Assembly (NCBI GenBank): GCA_028534125.1
Contig: CM052816.1
Span: 1,736,001 to 1,800,000, forward strand
Source of the DNA: Lama glama
Lineage: Eukaryota
Direction of reading: 5' to 3'
DNA: 64,000 nucleotides
The notes beneath the pieces were generated by a model. The model did not search any database. It worked only from the letters and a program-made list of their open reading frames with translations, and had not been told where the DNA came from. The translations under genes were made by a program, and so were the position numbers. Positions 26,431 through 36,350 of this stretch are shown piece after piece (within the stretch, counting starts at the first letter, position 1; the number at the start of each line of letters is the position of its first letter).

Positions 26431-27386
26431 TCTATGAGCCATTTAACTGTTAGACTGAGTCTTCCCTCCTTCCAGAAAAGTACTTTTGAATTTGGACAAG
26501 AGCCATGTGCACCTAGGAGATTAATGTCACTCAGCAAAGAAGCAAGGATGGCTTTTTGAACAGGGTTTGTTCAGCCCATACCACCAAAGTAAAGTCTAAA
26601 CCAGATTCTCTCCCTCTCTGCATCCTTTCATCCTTCTCTTCCCTTACCTCCTTCTTTCCTTTTCTAGAAGGAAAATAGAAAAAGAAAGGCCCTATTATCT
26701 TCCAACAAAAGAACGATCCAATTCCCGTTTCCCAGGGGGCCCTGGTCCCCTCTGGGATAACCCCTGCCAGTGTGGCCTGACATCTGCCCTAGAAGGCAGC
26801 CCCCTGGAACATCCAGCTGAGGAGGCAGAAGGGAGGCCCTGGAAGTGGGAGGGTGAGAAGCAGAAAAGAGGAGCAGAGAGGGCTCTGCAGGGAGCCCGCC
26901 CCACTGAGTGAGCGTCTGAAAAACAAACATTCTGGATGGCTTTTCTCTACTCTTGCCAGAATTTCCCTTCTGGGAACGAGGCCACAAGGACTCTCTGTGG
27001 CCCCCATCCTTAGGCAGCCTCAGGGCAGATTCAGAGACCGAAGCTACCCTCCCACTGCGTGCTGCTGGTATGCTCAGCTTCTGATAGAAGATAAATGTCT
27101 ACTTCTCTGGGGAGAAGCTGAAAATGAACACGAGTGTTTCTGATCTAGGAAAGAGAAATCTGAATTTGCCTGCTTAGTCTGTTCCTCTCTGCACCCTTTC
27201 AGGGAGGCCAGATGGGTTCTTTGGTACCTGCACGCAGCCGAGAAAGGAGAAAAGAGGTATGAGGTTTAGGGATCATAAAAGAAGATGGCTTTTCAGGTAA
27301 GTTTGAAGGTAAGATCCTGAGAACAGCTAAGACATGTGAGGGTTGCTGGTGGAAGAGAAAAAAGTTGATGAAATGTCCTTATAAAC

Positions 27387-27550
27387 CAGTGCTTCTCAAA
27401 GTGCAGTCCCAAGACCACAAGCATCAGCATTATGTGGGAATTTGCTAGAAATGCAAATTCTCAGACCTACTGAATCAGATACTCTGGGGATGGGCACAGA
27501 GATCTTTTTAAAAATCCTTTCCAGATGATTCCGATGCTCAAGTTCGAGAG
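27387..27550 (+). mobile_element. MER5A-like hAT MITE
   Basis: cagtgcttctcaaagtg...gcatcagcat...tagaaatgcaaattctcagacctactgaatcaga. Confidence 0.8.
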
Positions 27551-28383
27551 TTGTCATAAACTGTGTGTTACTTCCACAGTGAATAAGACTGGAAGTAAAA
27601 AATTATTACATTCTTACTTTGGCTGTAATACTGAAAGACATGGTCACCAACATGATGGGTTACACTTCTCTTCCTAATATTCATTGCATGGAAGAGTGGT
27701 CTGACACCATGCATCCTCATTCTGCTCGTATGCAGAATCCCCAGACTTTTATCTTGTCCCGGCATTGGCCAACACTCCTGCTTGGAAAATATGTCATAGA
27801 ATGTATACAAAGTCAAAGGACTGCTCCTTCATCCTTGGGGTACTGTGTTCAAGAACTGATATCTGCCAAACTCTCTGTTCATTCAGTAATGGATGGTACA
27901 TTCAACTTCTGCCCCAGACTGCAATCTTACCTGAAACTTAAACCAAAACTGGCCAGAAGCTGGGAGACCAGAGAGAAAGCATATATATTCCTGTGATCCA
28001 AGTTTTCCTATCTCCCACCAGTCTGTAAATACAAAGGAACTTCAACAATAACCCAGACATTTCACTATTTTTGTTCCACTTCTTTCATAGAAGACCTCAG
28101 CTTCCCAAGCCTCCCCCCAGTATCTCATGTCATACCATAAATCAGGTTGACATTACCACATGTCATCTGTCCTGCAGAGATGGCTTCTGCTGGGCCCCAC
28201 CCTAACCAGTAAGTTCAGACTCATATGGAACATAGACACATAAATAGGCTATTATACTACAGGGAAATTTCTGTAAATCTTTTTTAAAAAGTAAAAGCAA
28301 GACATGCAAATTTTTTTAAAAACACAAATATAATGGAAATGTATGAAACAAAAAGTAAAATTGCTTTCAATCACTCCTGACTA

Positions 28384-28883
28384 NNNNNNNNNNNNNNNNN
28401 NNNNNNNNNNNNNNNNNNNNNNNNNNNNNNNNNNNNNNNNNNNNNNNNNNNNNNNNNNNNNNNNNNNNNNNNNNNNNNNNNNNNNNNNNNNNNNNNNNNN
28501 NNNNNNNNNNNNNNNNNNNNNNNNNNNNNNNNNNNNNNNNNNNNNNNNNNNNNNNNNNNNNNNNNNNNNNNNNNNNNNNNNNNNNNNNNNNNNNNNNNNN
28601 NNNNNNNNNNNNNNNNNNNNNNNNNNNNNNNNNNNNNNNNNNNNNNNNNNNNNNNNNNNNNNNNNNNNNNNNNNNNNNNNNNNNNNNNNNNNNNNNNNNN
28701 NNNNNNNNNNNNNNNNNNNNNNNNNNNNNNNNNNNNNNNNNNNNNNNNNNNNNNNNNNNNNNNNNNNNNNNNNNNNNNNNNNNNNNNNNNNNNNNNNNNN
28801 NNNNNNNNNNNNNNNNNNNNNNNNNNNNNNNNNNNNNNNNNNNNNNNNNNNNNNNNNNNNNNNNNNNNNNNNNNNNNNNNNNN
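28384..28883. other. Assembly gap (500 N)
   Basis: Run of N; round length suggests a fixed scaffolding placeholder. Confidence 1.
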
Positions 28884-29235
28884 AAAAAAAGCAATTACTT
28901 CAGGCCCCTGCCCTGGCCCTCCCGGATTTAGCTAAACTCTTTGACTTTACATTCATGACAGAAGGGGAGTCACCCTTGGGGTATTAGCTCAAAAACTGGG
29001 ACCCCTTACTCATGTGGCTGCTTAACCCTAAACAATTAGATCAAACTGCCAAGGGATGGCCTCGCTGCCTGCGGGCGGTAGCAGCTTCTGTAACCCTAAG
29101 GGAGGCTGAAAAGTTAACATCTGGTCAGCCAATTGCTATGTGGTCTCCACACCACGGTCAGGCTTTAGTACAACCCAGTGGTTATCATAAAACCTGTCAC
29201 ACGCTAAACCGGCCACCTCGCTACCCACAGAAAGC
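28884..29235 (+). pseudogene. pol: Class I ERV pol remnant (RT connection/tether region), frameshifted
   Basis: KQLLQAPALALPDLAK..., GVLAQKLGP, KQLDQTAKGWPRCLRAVAA..LREAEKLTSGQP, KTCHTLN-ATSLP. These align by eye to MLV-type pol motifs (APALGLPD, GVLTQKLGP, GWPPCLR, LNPATLLP). Confidence 0.92.
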
Positions 29236-29281
29236 GAGCCCAAGACCTGGGAAGAAGGCCCTCCTCACGCCCCGCGTCCGT

Positions 29282-29437
29282 TTTTCCCGTGTCAGCTGGT
29301 TTTTAACCTTTCCTGGGCCTCTTAATGACCATTATTCTCCTGTTAATATTTGGGCAGAGCACCCTAAATGGTCCAGTGTCTTTTGTCTCCAAAGGCTGGA
29401 ACCTATACAACTTCAAATGGGGGTCGCTCAGAGATAG
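29282..29437 (+). pseudogene. env: Class I ERV env remnant: TM anchor and cytoplasmic tail
   Basis: Correcting two frameshifts gives SWFL|PFLGLLMTIILLLIFGQSTLNGPVSFVSK|RLEPIQLQMG, resembling the gamma-type TM end (WxLPFLGPL..IILLLxFGP...FVSxRxExIxLQM). Confidence 0.85.
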
Positions 29438-30098
29438 AAAACAAGGCTGAGGCTGGTGACCCGTCAACACATCTAAAGGCAGCTGAGGAGAAGTTCTGCT
29501 CTCCCCGGGGGCGTGTGACGAAGGCAGTCACAGAAGACGGACTGTGTCCCTCAAGGACGAGGGGCGGGACAGAGGAGGGGTTTGCCACCAGAAAAAGCCA
29601 TCAACAATCCTCAGGGAATACAAAGAGAAACTGAGTAATAAAGTCTAACCTTTTTTTTTTCCCTTTTCCTTTGTGCTTAGTCTGGTTTCACTCGCTCCCA
29701 GGGGGCTGCGTGCAGAGGCCTTGCACCAGCCCTTCAGACCAGCGTTCCTGGTGCAAAACGGCTGTGACGACCTCTTGGCTTGGTGCCGGCCACGGTCCTC
29801 ACTTCAAGATGGCGGCGGCGAGCAGTGTGCAGACGCTGTGCCCGGCACTGGGGCCTGGGGCCTGGGGCCTGAGCGCCACAGCGGTGCCCGCCCGGGGAGA
29901 ATCCAGTCCCGCGAGAACCCTGCCCCGCGAGAACCCCGCCCCTTTCCCCCCTCCCAGAGGCGATGCCTCTAAAGCAGCGCCCCCCTCCTCCCGCCGCGTG
30001 GCGGGAGCACGTACTCTAGTGCGCAAGCTCGCACCTCTCCATCCTCTGATCCAAGAATAAAGCTTTCCTTTGCTTCTGAACCAAACTCGGTCTCATTC

Positions 30099-30701
30099 TG
30101 TTGGGGGAGAATAGGTTCTTGCCTCGCACAGGATAAGAATTCAAGAGCAAGGCGTGGTAAAGTGAAAGCAAGTTTATTTAGAGAGATACACGTTCCATGG
30201 ACAGAGTGCGGTCTGTCTCTCTCAGAAGGGAAAAAGGCTTAGGAGATACACACTTTACAGGCAGAATGTGGGCCACCTCAGAAGTGTGAGAAGGAGAGGA
30301 ACCGAAAGGTGTGGGGTGTTTAAAGTAAAAGTAGATACACATCCCATAGACAGAGGGTGGGCTGCCTCAGAAGGCGAGCGTGACGGATGGATTGAGAGGG
30401 ACCAGGACGTGCAGGGTTCTTAGGTTTCACGGGCTCGGCAATTTCACATCCTAATGGGTAGGAGGATTCTTCCAACTACTTTGGGAAAGGGGCGAGGGTT
30501 TCCAGGAAACACCCTTCACCCACTTTTTGACCTTTTATGGGCAGCCTGGGAACTGTCACGGCGCCTGTGGGTGCGCCATGAGGCTCAAGGTCTACTGGGG
30601 GTCGAATTTTTCACCATCCTGGTTCTAACCAGTGCGTCCTGTCCTCAGTGGTTGTGCCATTCCTTCAGTGGTTGTGCCCGGCCCCCTTTCCTCCCACGTC
30701 A
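30099..30701 (-). mobile_element. MER41-like (ERV1) solo LTR inserted antisense
   Basis: TG...CA termini; TSD attc/gttc; minus strand reads aataaacttgctttcactttac...gaattctt...gcgag..aagaacc, and gcgccgtgacagtt, matching the recalled MER41 consensus. Confidence 0.8.
30499..30509. promoter_or_regulatory. STAT GAS motif in MER41-like LTR U3
   Basis: TTTCCAGGAAA (TTC-N3-GAA). Confidence 0.55.
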
Positions 30702-31454
30702 GTTCTATTGGCTCCAACACCACTGGGCAGGAGACCAACTCAGGAGGGTCAGTGACACAGGAGTCTGTCCAGGAGTCAGCTCCGCCTGACCATCCTCCAC
30801 TTCTAACCCATCCCAACTCTAAAAATGCCATTTAAATTTTATTTTTTTAACCACACATGGCCATATCTGTCAGGGGAGAAATGTACCAGTTGCCACTGTG
30901 GTTGTTTGGAATCACGTGTCAGAATGGAGACAGTGACTTGGGGACTCTGCTGTGCTGTTTTGGGGTGAATGGAAGGGGAGCCACAGAGCTTCCTCAAAGT
31001 GAGAAGCTTATGTAAACTGTATCCCACTGTAACCTGTATGTGCCTGACCCCGAGGAACGGGTAGGAATTTTGCTTCACAGCCCAGTTAGAAGGAACATCA
31101 CATTACTTCAAGTCAAATTAAATCTAGCTCTTAAGCCCTTCATCACCAGGCTGATGGGAAATTCAGTCTAAGTGGTGATTTTGACAGTCCTTCCGCTCCC
31201 TAAATTATACACGAATCCAGGATTTTTATTTGGAGGTTGGGTAACAGGAGGAGTCTTGAGTCACCTCCCTGCTGAAATGCAAATCTTCAAAACCTGTGTC
31301 CTTTGTGATGATAAGTAGGGCTGCCACACTGTTTCCATCTCTGGGCTTTCTTCTGAAGCCATGGTCCAACTATTCTCTGAGGTTCCACAGCCTCTTCAGG
31401 GTGCTGGGTGGAGATGGAACATAGGACTTGCCAAACCGCTAACACTTACCCAGC

Positions 31455-32390
31455 TGTGGTGGTTGTGAAACAAACCCACGAATTCTCTAACAGTCCTCCC
31501 GTCAAAAGGAGTTACAGCCTAATTCCTCTCTTTGAACATGGGCTGGACTTGGTGTTGTGGGCCGAATTGCATCTCCCCCTCCACCCTGGCTTCCCAAAAT
31601 CCACATGCTGTAGTGCCAATCCCCCAGGACTTCAGAATGTGACTGTATTTGAAGATAGTGCCTCTGAAGAGGTAAATAAAATAAGGCCATTAGTTTGGGA
31701 CCTTATCCAACCTGACAGGTGCCCTCATATGAAGTGGAGATTAGGATACACACACACACACGCACGCACGCACACACACACAGAGGGAAAATAATGTGAA
31801 GACACAGGGAGCAGCCAGCCATCTAGAAGCCAAGGAGAGAGTCCTCAGAAGAAAGGAACCCTGCTGACACCTTGATCTTGGACTTGTGGCTTCCAGAGCT
31901 GTGAGAAATAAATTTCTGTGGTTTAAGCCTCCCGCTCTGTGGTATTTTTGTTATGACAGCCCTAGCAAATTAATACACTCGGTGACTCACTTCTAATGAG
32001 TGCAGTGCAGTTAAAGTTATGCTGCAGGACTTCGCAGGCTAGGATGGAAAAGGCAACACAGCTCTGCCTGGCTCTCCCTCCCAAGACGCTCACCCTTGGA
32101 ACCTGGCCCCCAAATGGCGAAGGGGAAGCCCAGGCCACAGGGAGAGGTGCAGGTGTGCTGGCCAGCAGCCCCAGCCAAGGCCTCCGCAGGCAGCCAGCAT
32201 GATTTGCCGGGCACCCAAGTGAACCAACCATGAGAAGATTCCAGCCGTCCCAGCTGAGTGGAGAGAGAGACTCCCTGTTCCCGAGCATCGCTGGCCAAAC
32301 TGCCGATTCATGAGCAAAATAAATGTTGTTGTGTAAGTCACCAAGTTTTGGGGATGTTTCTTTAGGCAGCAATAGATTAAAAAAAAACAA
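31455..32390 (+). mobile_element. MaLR LTR (MLT1E/F-like), interrupted by a second MaLR LTR
   Basis: tgtggtggttgtgaa...gggctggacttgg [insert] tgactcacttctaatgag...aaataaatgttgttgtgtaagtcaccaagttttgggg...gcagcaatagat. Confidence 0.8.
31553..31977 (+). mobile_element. MaLR solo LTR (MLT1B/C-like), nested
   Basis: tgttgtgggccgaattg...cagaatgtgactgtatttg...aataaatttctgtggtttaagcc...aattaataca; 5-bp TSD cttgg/ctcgg. Confidence 0.9.
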
Positions 32391-33584
32391 AACCATTCTT
32401 GAGGTATCAACAGCTTCTTCTGCCTCTCTCCAGTCTGAAGGAATACTTCCTGTCTCCTCCTCCCATTTCCAAAGGTCCCATATAATCTCCTTCAACTTGA
32501 CTTTAGCTACACAATGCTGCTTCTCGTTCCAGAGGGGAAGGGTGGGAGGAAGGGAGGTTTATGCCAACCAGCTTTTTAAATTAATCCACACTAATACAAC
32601 AATCTGAATACTCTCTGTACAGTATGTTTTTAATTTCATGTGGAGGGAGAGATCTCTATAGGTAAGCAAGTTACTGCATGTTTTTATAAAATGGTGATCA
32701 ATACACGCAGGGTTCCCTTTGACTGCCTCTACTCTTGCTTAATGCCAACCTTAAGTTTACGTTCAGCACTCTGCCACATCCCCCCAAACAAACCCAATTC
32801 CCCATACACTGGAGAGGAATGTAGGTATCTTTGCGAGTTAACTGGAGGATGGAGAGAGGTTTATATCACACACCACACAGGAAATGTGCTAGTCTGCCAC
32901 AGACATCAATACTTCTCTTTCCAGTCTTCCCACAATCTGTTACCTCTCCCCAGGTGCTATGTCACCAGGGCCCTTGTCCCCACCCCTCCAACAATGAAAT
33001 TCTACCTCCCTTTTGTTAGCATACTACACTCAGCAGACTAAAAAACCCTGGGCAGTCAAACAGAAGCAGTGTTGTTTCTGAAGCACGCCCCTGAGGCTTT
33101 CAGCTCAGGCCAGCACGCCCCCCTCTCATTTTCGTGTTGTTACTCATGTTACTTGTTTCTTTCCCTTGGAACTCAAGGAAATTGGCAAGTGTTGCACTGT
33201 TTTCTCTTTTCTTTGCTGCTCTGAAGAATGCAACCATGGCAGCCCTCCTCCAAAGTCTTGAATGCCAAAGTCAACAACGGAGTGGGGAACCGAGAGCCAG
33301 TCGCCCTGTAGACAGCCTCCCAGTCCTGCTAGGGCAGTGGCCTCACCTGCAAAAGGTGAATACCACGCAGGTCTGAAATAGCAAGGAGCCAAGGTGGACG
33401 CAAGAGGAAATGCTCCCAGTGTGTCCATCCTTATTTTATTTGCCAGACACAGGGTACTGGAGGCTAGTCCTTAGCCCAGAGGTGGGCAAACTACAGCAAT
33501 CATGCCAGTGAGGGGCACCATGAATGGTGGTTGATGAAAGCCAGCCATCTCCCAGACAGATAGCAAGATGTAACAATTACAACA

Positions 33585-33775
33585 GGAACGCACAGCTACC
33601 ATTTTTTCAGCGCTTACTATGTGACAGGCATCATGCCAAGCACTTTATGCACTATCTCAACAAATCCTCAGAACCTTATGAGGCAGGTACTATTAATTAC
33701 TCCCATTTCACAGACAATCCAACTGAGGCTCAGAGGATGTTAAGTGGCTTATCCAAGACTATAGAGCTAATGAAG
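33585..33775 (-). mobile_element. MIR SINE
   Basis: cttactatgtgacaggc...cccatttcacagac...aactgaggctcagag. Confidence 0.85.
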
Positions 33776-35699
33776 ACAAGCGACTAACGAGCAAGTGAGA
33801 ACAGGTCTCTTGCTTCTAATCAGTATCAAAGGAATCTGGTCCAAGAGGGCAGGGACCATCTTGTCCCCCATAAGAGCTCCCATCCCTGAGTGCACACTAT
33901 GTGCTGGCCCTTTAAGGTGAGGTGTCTCCTTTATTGCTCACATCAACACTAGGAGGAATGTATACTCCCCATCCTCATCTTACTGAAGAGGATTTTGAAC
34001 AAGGAAGTGATGTACCTGATTTATATTTTGAAAGCCTATTCCAGGTCTTTGCCTAGATCCACAAAGTCACTTCCTGTTGTGTGGAGAATGGATCCATGGA
34101 GGCAAAGTAGAAGCAAGAGAAGCAGTTACAGGGTTTGTAATCATTGAGGTGATGAGGTGAGCAACAGGGAGATGACAAGGAGACTGATGCAAGATGCAGG
34201 GTGGAGGTGGAAAACACAGGACTTCTGATTACTCGAGTGGGGATGAGGAAAGCAAAGAAATTGGGAATGTCTCCTGGGTTTTTGAACTGAGCATTGAAGT
34301 GGGTGCCATTTCAGCAGAGCCAAAAGAAATGGGTTCAATGGGTGGAATCAAGAGTGCAGGTGGGACAGGTAAGCCTTAGAGGTCTGTAAGTCATCCACGT
34401 GGGCTTGCAGGTGGTTTTGTAAGATCTCCAGTCTTCAGGGGTCACTCTTCCATTTCAATGAACAATGGTCTAGAATATTCCTCCTCTACTTGACCACACA
34501 CATGGATGAGTCATTTTCAATTTCTTTTCCTTGTTTTAATGCCACTCTCTGAAGAATTCTTACTGGTTTGTCCAAATCCCTACAGGGTACTTCTTTTCAT
34601 CTTTAGACATTAGTTTATCTTGCTTTGTTTCCAGTGGAACTTTCTAGAGCATCTAAAGCAGAACACCAAAGTTGGCCTTCCTGAAGCTGACACCCAGTTC
34701 CTTCCCATCACTGGTGCACGAGAACCAGGCTCACCTCCTTGTAACACTCTGTAAGGTGTAATGGTGCCCCTTAGCCCTGGGTGAATGCAGCAGCCCCAGT
34801 GAGAGGGCTCATCTTCCATTTCACAAGCTCACCAGCACTGAGTATTAACATCTCTGCCAAGTGAAAAGTGAATTGTATTTTAAGTGGCATTGTGAAATAA
34901 AGCTTTTACACTGCAAAGTACAATATAAATTCAAGTCCAACACATAAAATCAGCTAATTTGTACACAGTCTACATGATGACAATGTTTAGGATTGTGGGG
35001 GAAAAGTGGCATTCACTGGGCACTTGCTAAGTGCAGGATCTGATAAGCACTTTATAGACCTCAGTTAGTCCCCCGTCACCCTCTGAGGTAGCTGCTATTC
35101 TTGTGCTGTTTCCAGACGAGGAAGCAGAAGATTGGAAAGATGAAGAAACCTGCTCCTGGACTTACAGCTCTCAGTAACAGAGCCGGGACTACCCCACTGT
35201 TAAGGCTGGTGATGGCATTTAGAGTCTCAGCCCTCTTCTGCCACTCACATTGCGTGACTTGTGCATGAGATGTCCTCTCTACTCATCTGCACTGCCCGCT
35301 TAAAAATGGGTTTTAAGCAGCCTGTTCTACACCTCCATCACACCGAAGAGGCTGAGGGGCGGGGGAGGGGGTGCACCCAGTTCCTCTCTCTTCAGGATCC
35401 AGAGATCATGGCCCTGCAGCGAGCAGACAAGCCCGGGGCCAGGCAGGGCCAGATCCGAAGCCCTGCTATCTCCTTCATTTCATCAGGCTGCCAGGCAGCC
35501 GAGCACAGGAAATTAAAAGCAACTCGTAGATCACAGAGCGAGGCACCAAGTGATCTCAGATAGAATCTGTCACCCTTCCCTCGCTCTTCTCTCTCCTGCA
35601 AGAAGTTGGCTTTTAGCAGTCAGCTGCTGAACTTCTGCAGGGAGCCAGACTGTCCTAGCTGTCAGGGCCCCAGAGGCAAATAAGGAGGCTCTGCCCTCA

Positions 35700-35727
35700 G
35701 TGTGTGTGTGCGTGTGTGTGTGTGTGT
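35700..35727. repeat. (GT)n microsatellite
   Basis: gtgtgtgtgtgcgtgtgtgtgtgtgtgt. Confidence 0.95.
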
Positions 35728-35899
35728 TGTGGAAGGACACACAGGAAAGAGTGGTGGCCTCTATGGACAAACTGAGCTGAGAGGTGAAAAGGAAGCCCAA
35801 TTTTTGTCTTTACATCTTTTTGCACAGTTAAACTTTGTACCATGTGCTTGTGTTAAGTATTTTTACAAACAATACAGAGAGCAGCAATATCTAGCTGAG

Positions 35900-36350
35900 G
35901 TGCCCTGTAAGTATGGGCATCTACTGTTTCTGCTCACCCAGCATCCCTTCCTCTGCGTTTTGGCTAAAGTAACCCCCCTTTTCCTTTCTCTGAAGAATCT
36001 CCCCTTATTGTCTCATGTGGTCACGAGAAGATGGTCAGTGATGACAGTCAATGACTCCATGGTAGTCCAGCCAAGTAGCGGGACGGGTGGTGGCGTGTGT
36101 GACCCAGACTCCTCCACTGCATGTCCTCCCTCTGGGGTCTGATCTCGGTGGGAGCCTCACTAGGACAGCAAAAGGCTGGGCTGATTCACCCCCATGGGGA
36201 TGCTCTGAAGAGGTATCCTCTCGTTCCTGCTTGATGGGACCTGACTGTTTCACTATCTCTTCAGTTCTGTGAGGTACTCGGAATCCAGCTAATAAAGTCC
36301 TTTAGTTGCTTTTTAGCACTTCTGTTACTTAGAACCAAAGAACGCTAGTG
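35900..36350 (+). mobile_element. ERVL-type LTR (LTR16/LTR33-like)
   Basis: gggcatctactgtttctgctcacccagcatcccttcc...aataaagtcc...cttctgttacttagaaccaaagaac. Confidence 0.55.

Larger units (their letters stand above)
29571..30757 (+). mobile_element. 3' LTR of the ERV, interrupted at 30099-30701; start approximate
   Basis: Follows purine-rich aaggacgaggggcgggac; YY1-type caagatggcggc at 29805; AATAAA at 30056; U5 resumes at 30702 and ends tcagtgaca at 30757. Confidence 0.75.

Noticed and set aside
27619..27996. 125-aa ORF in unique sequence
   Set aside because: Non-ATG start, no recognisable domain, length expected by chance in 64 kb.
28343..28987. Longest ORFs in the track (214 aa and 175 aa)
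   Set aside because: Artefacts of translating through the N gap; only the post-gap residues are real (ERV pol).
29282..29437. Syncytin-like domesticated env
   Set aside because: Only the TM anchor and tail remain, frameshifted; no SU, fusion peptide or immunosuppressive domain.
35386..35563. Acceptor plus Kozak-like ATG (MALQRADKPG...)
   Set aside because: Short, unrecognised, no donor or supporting exon.
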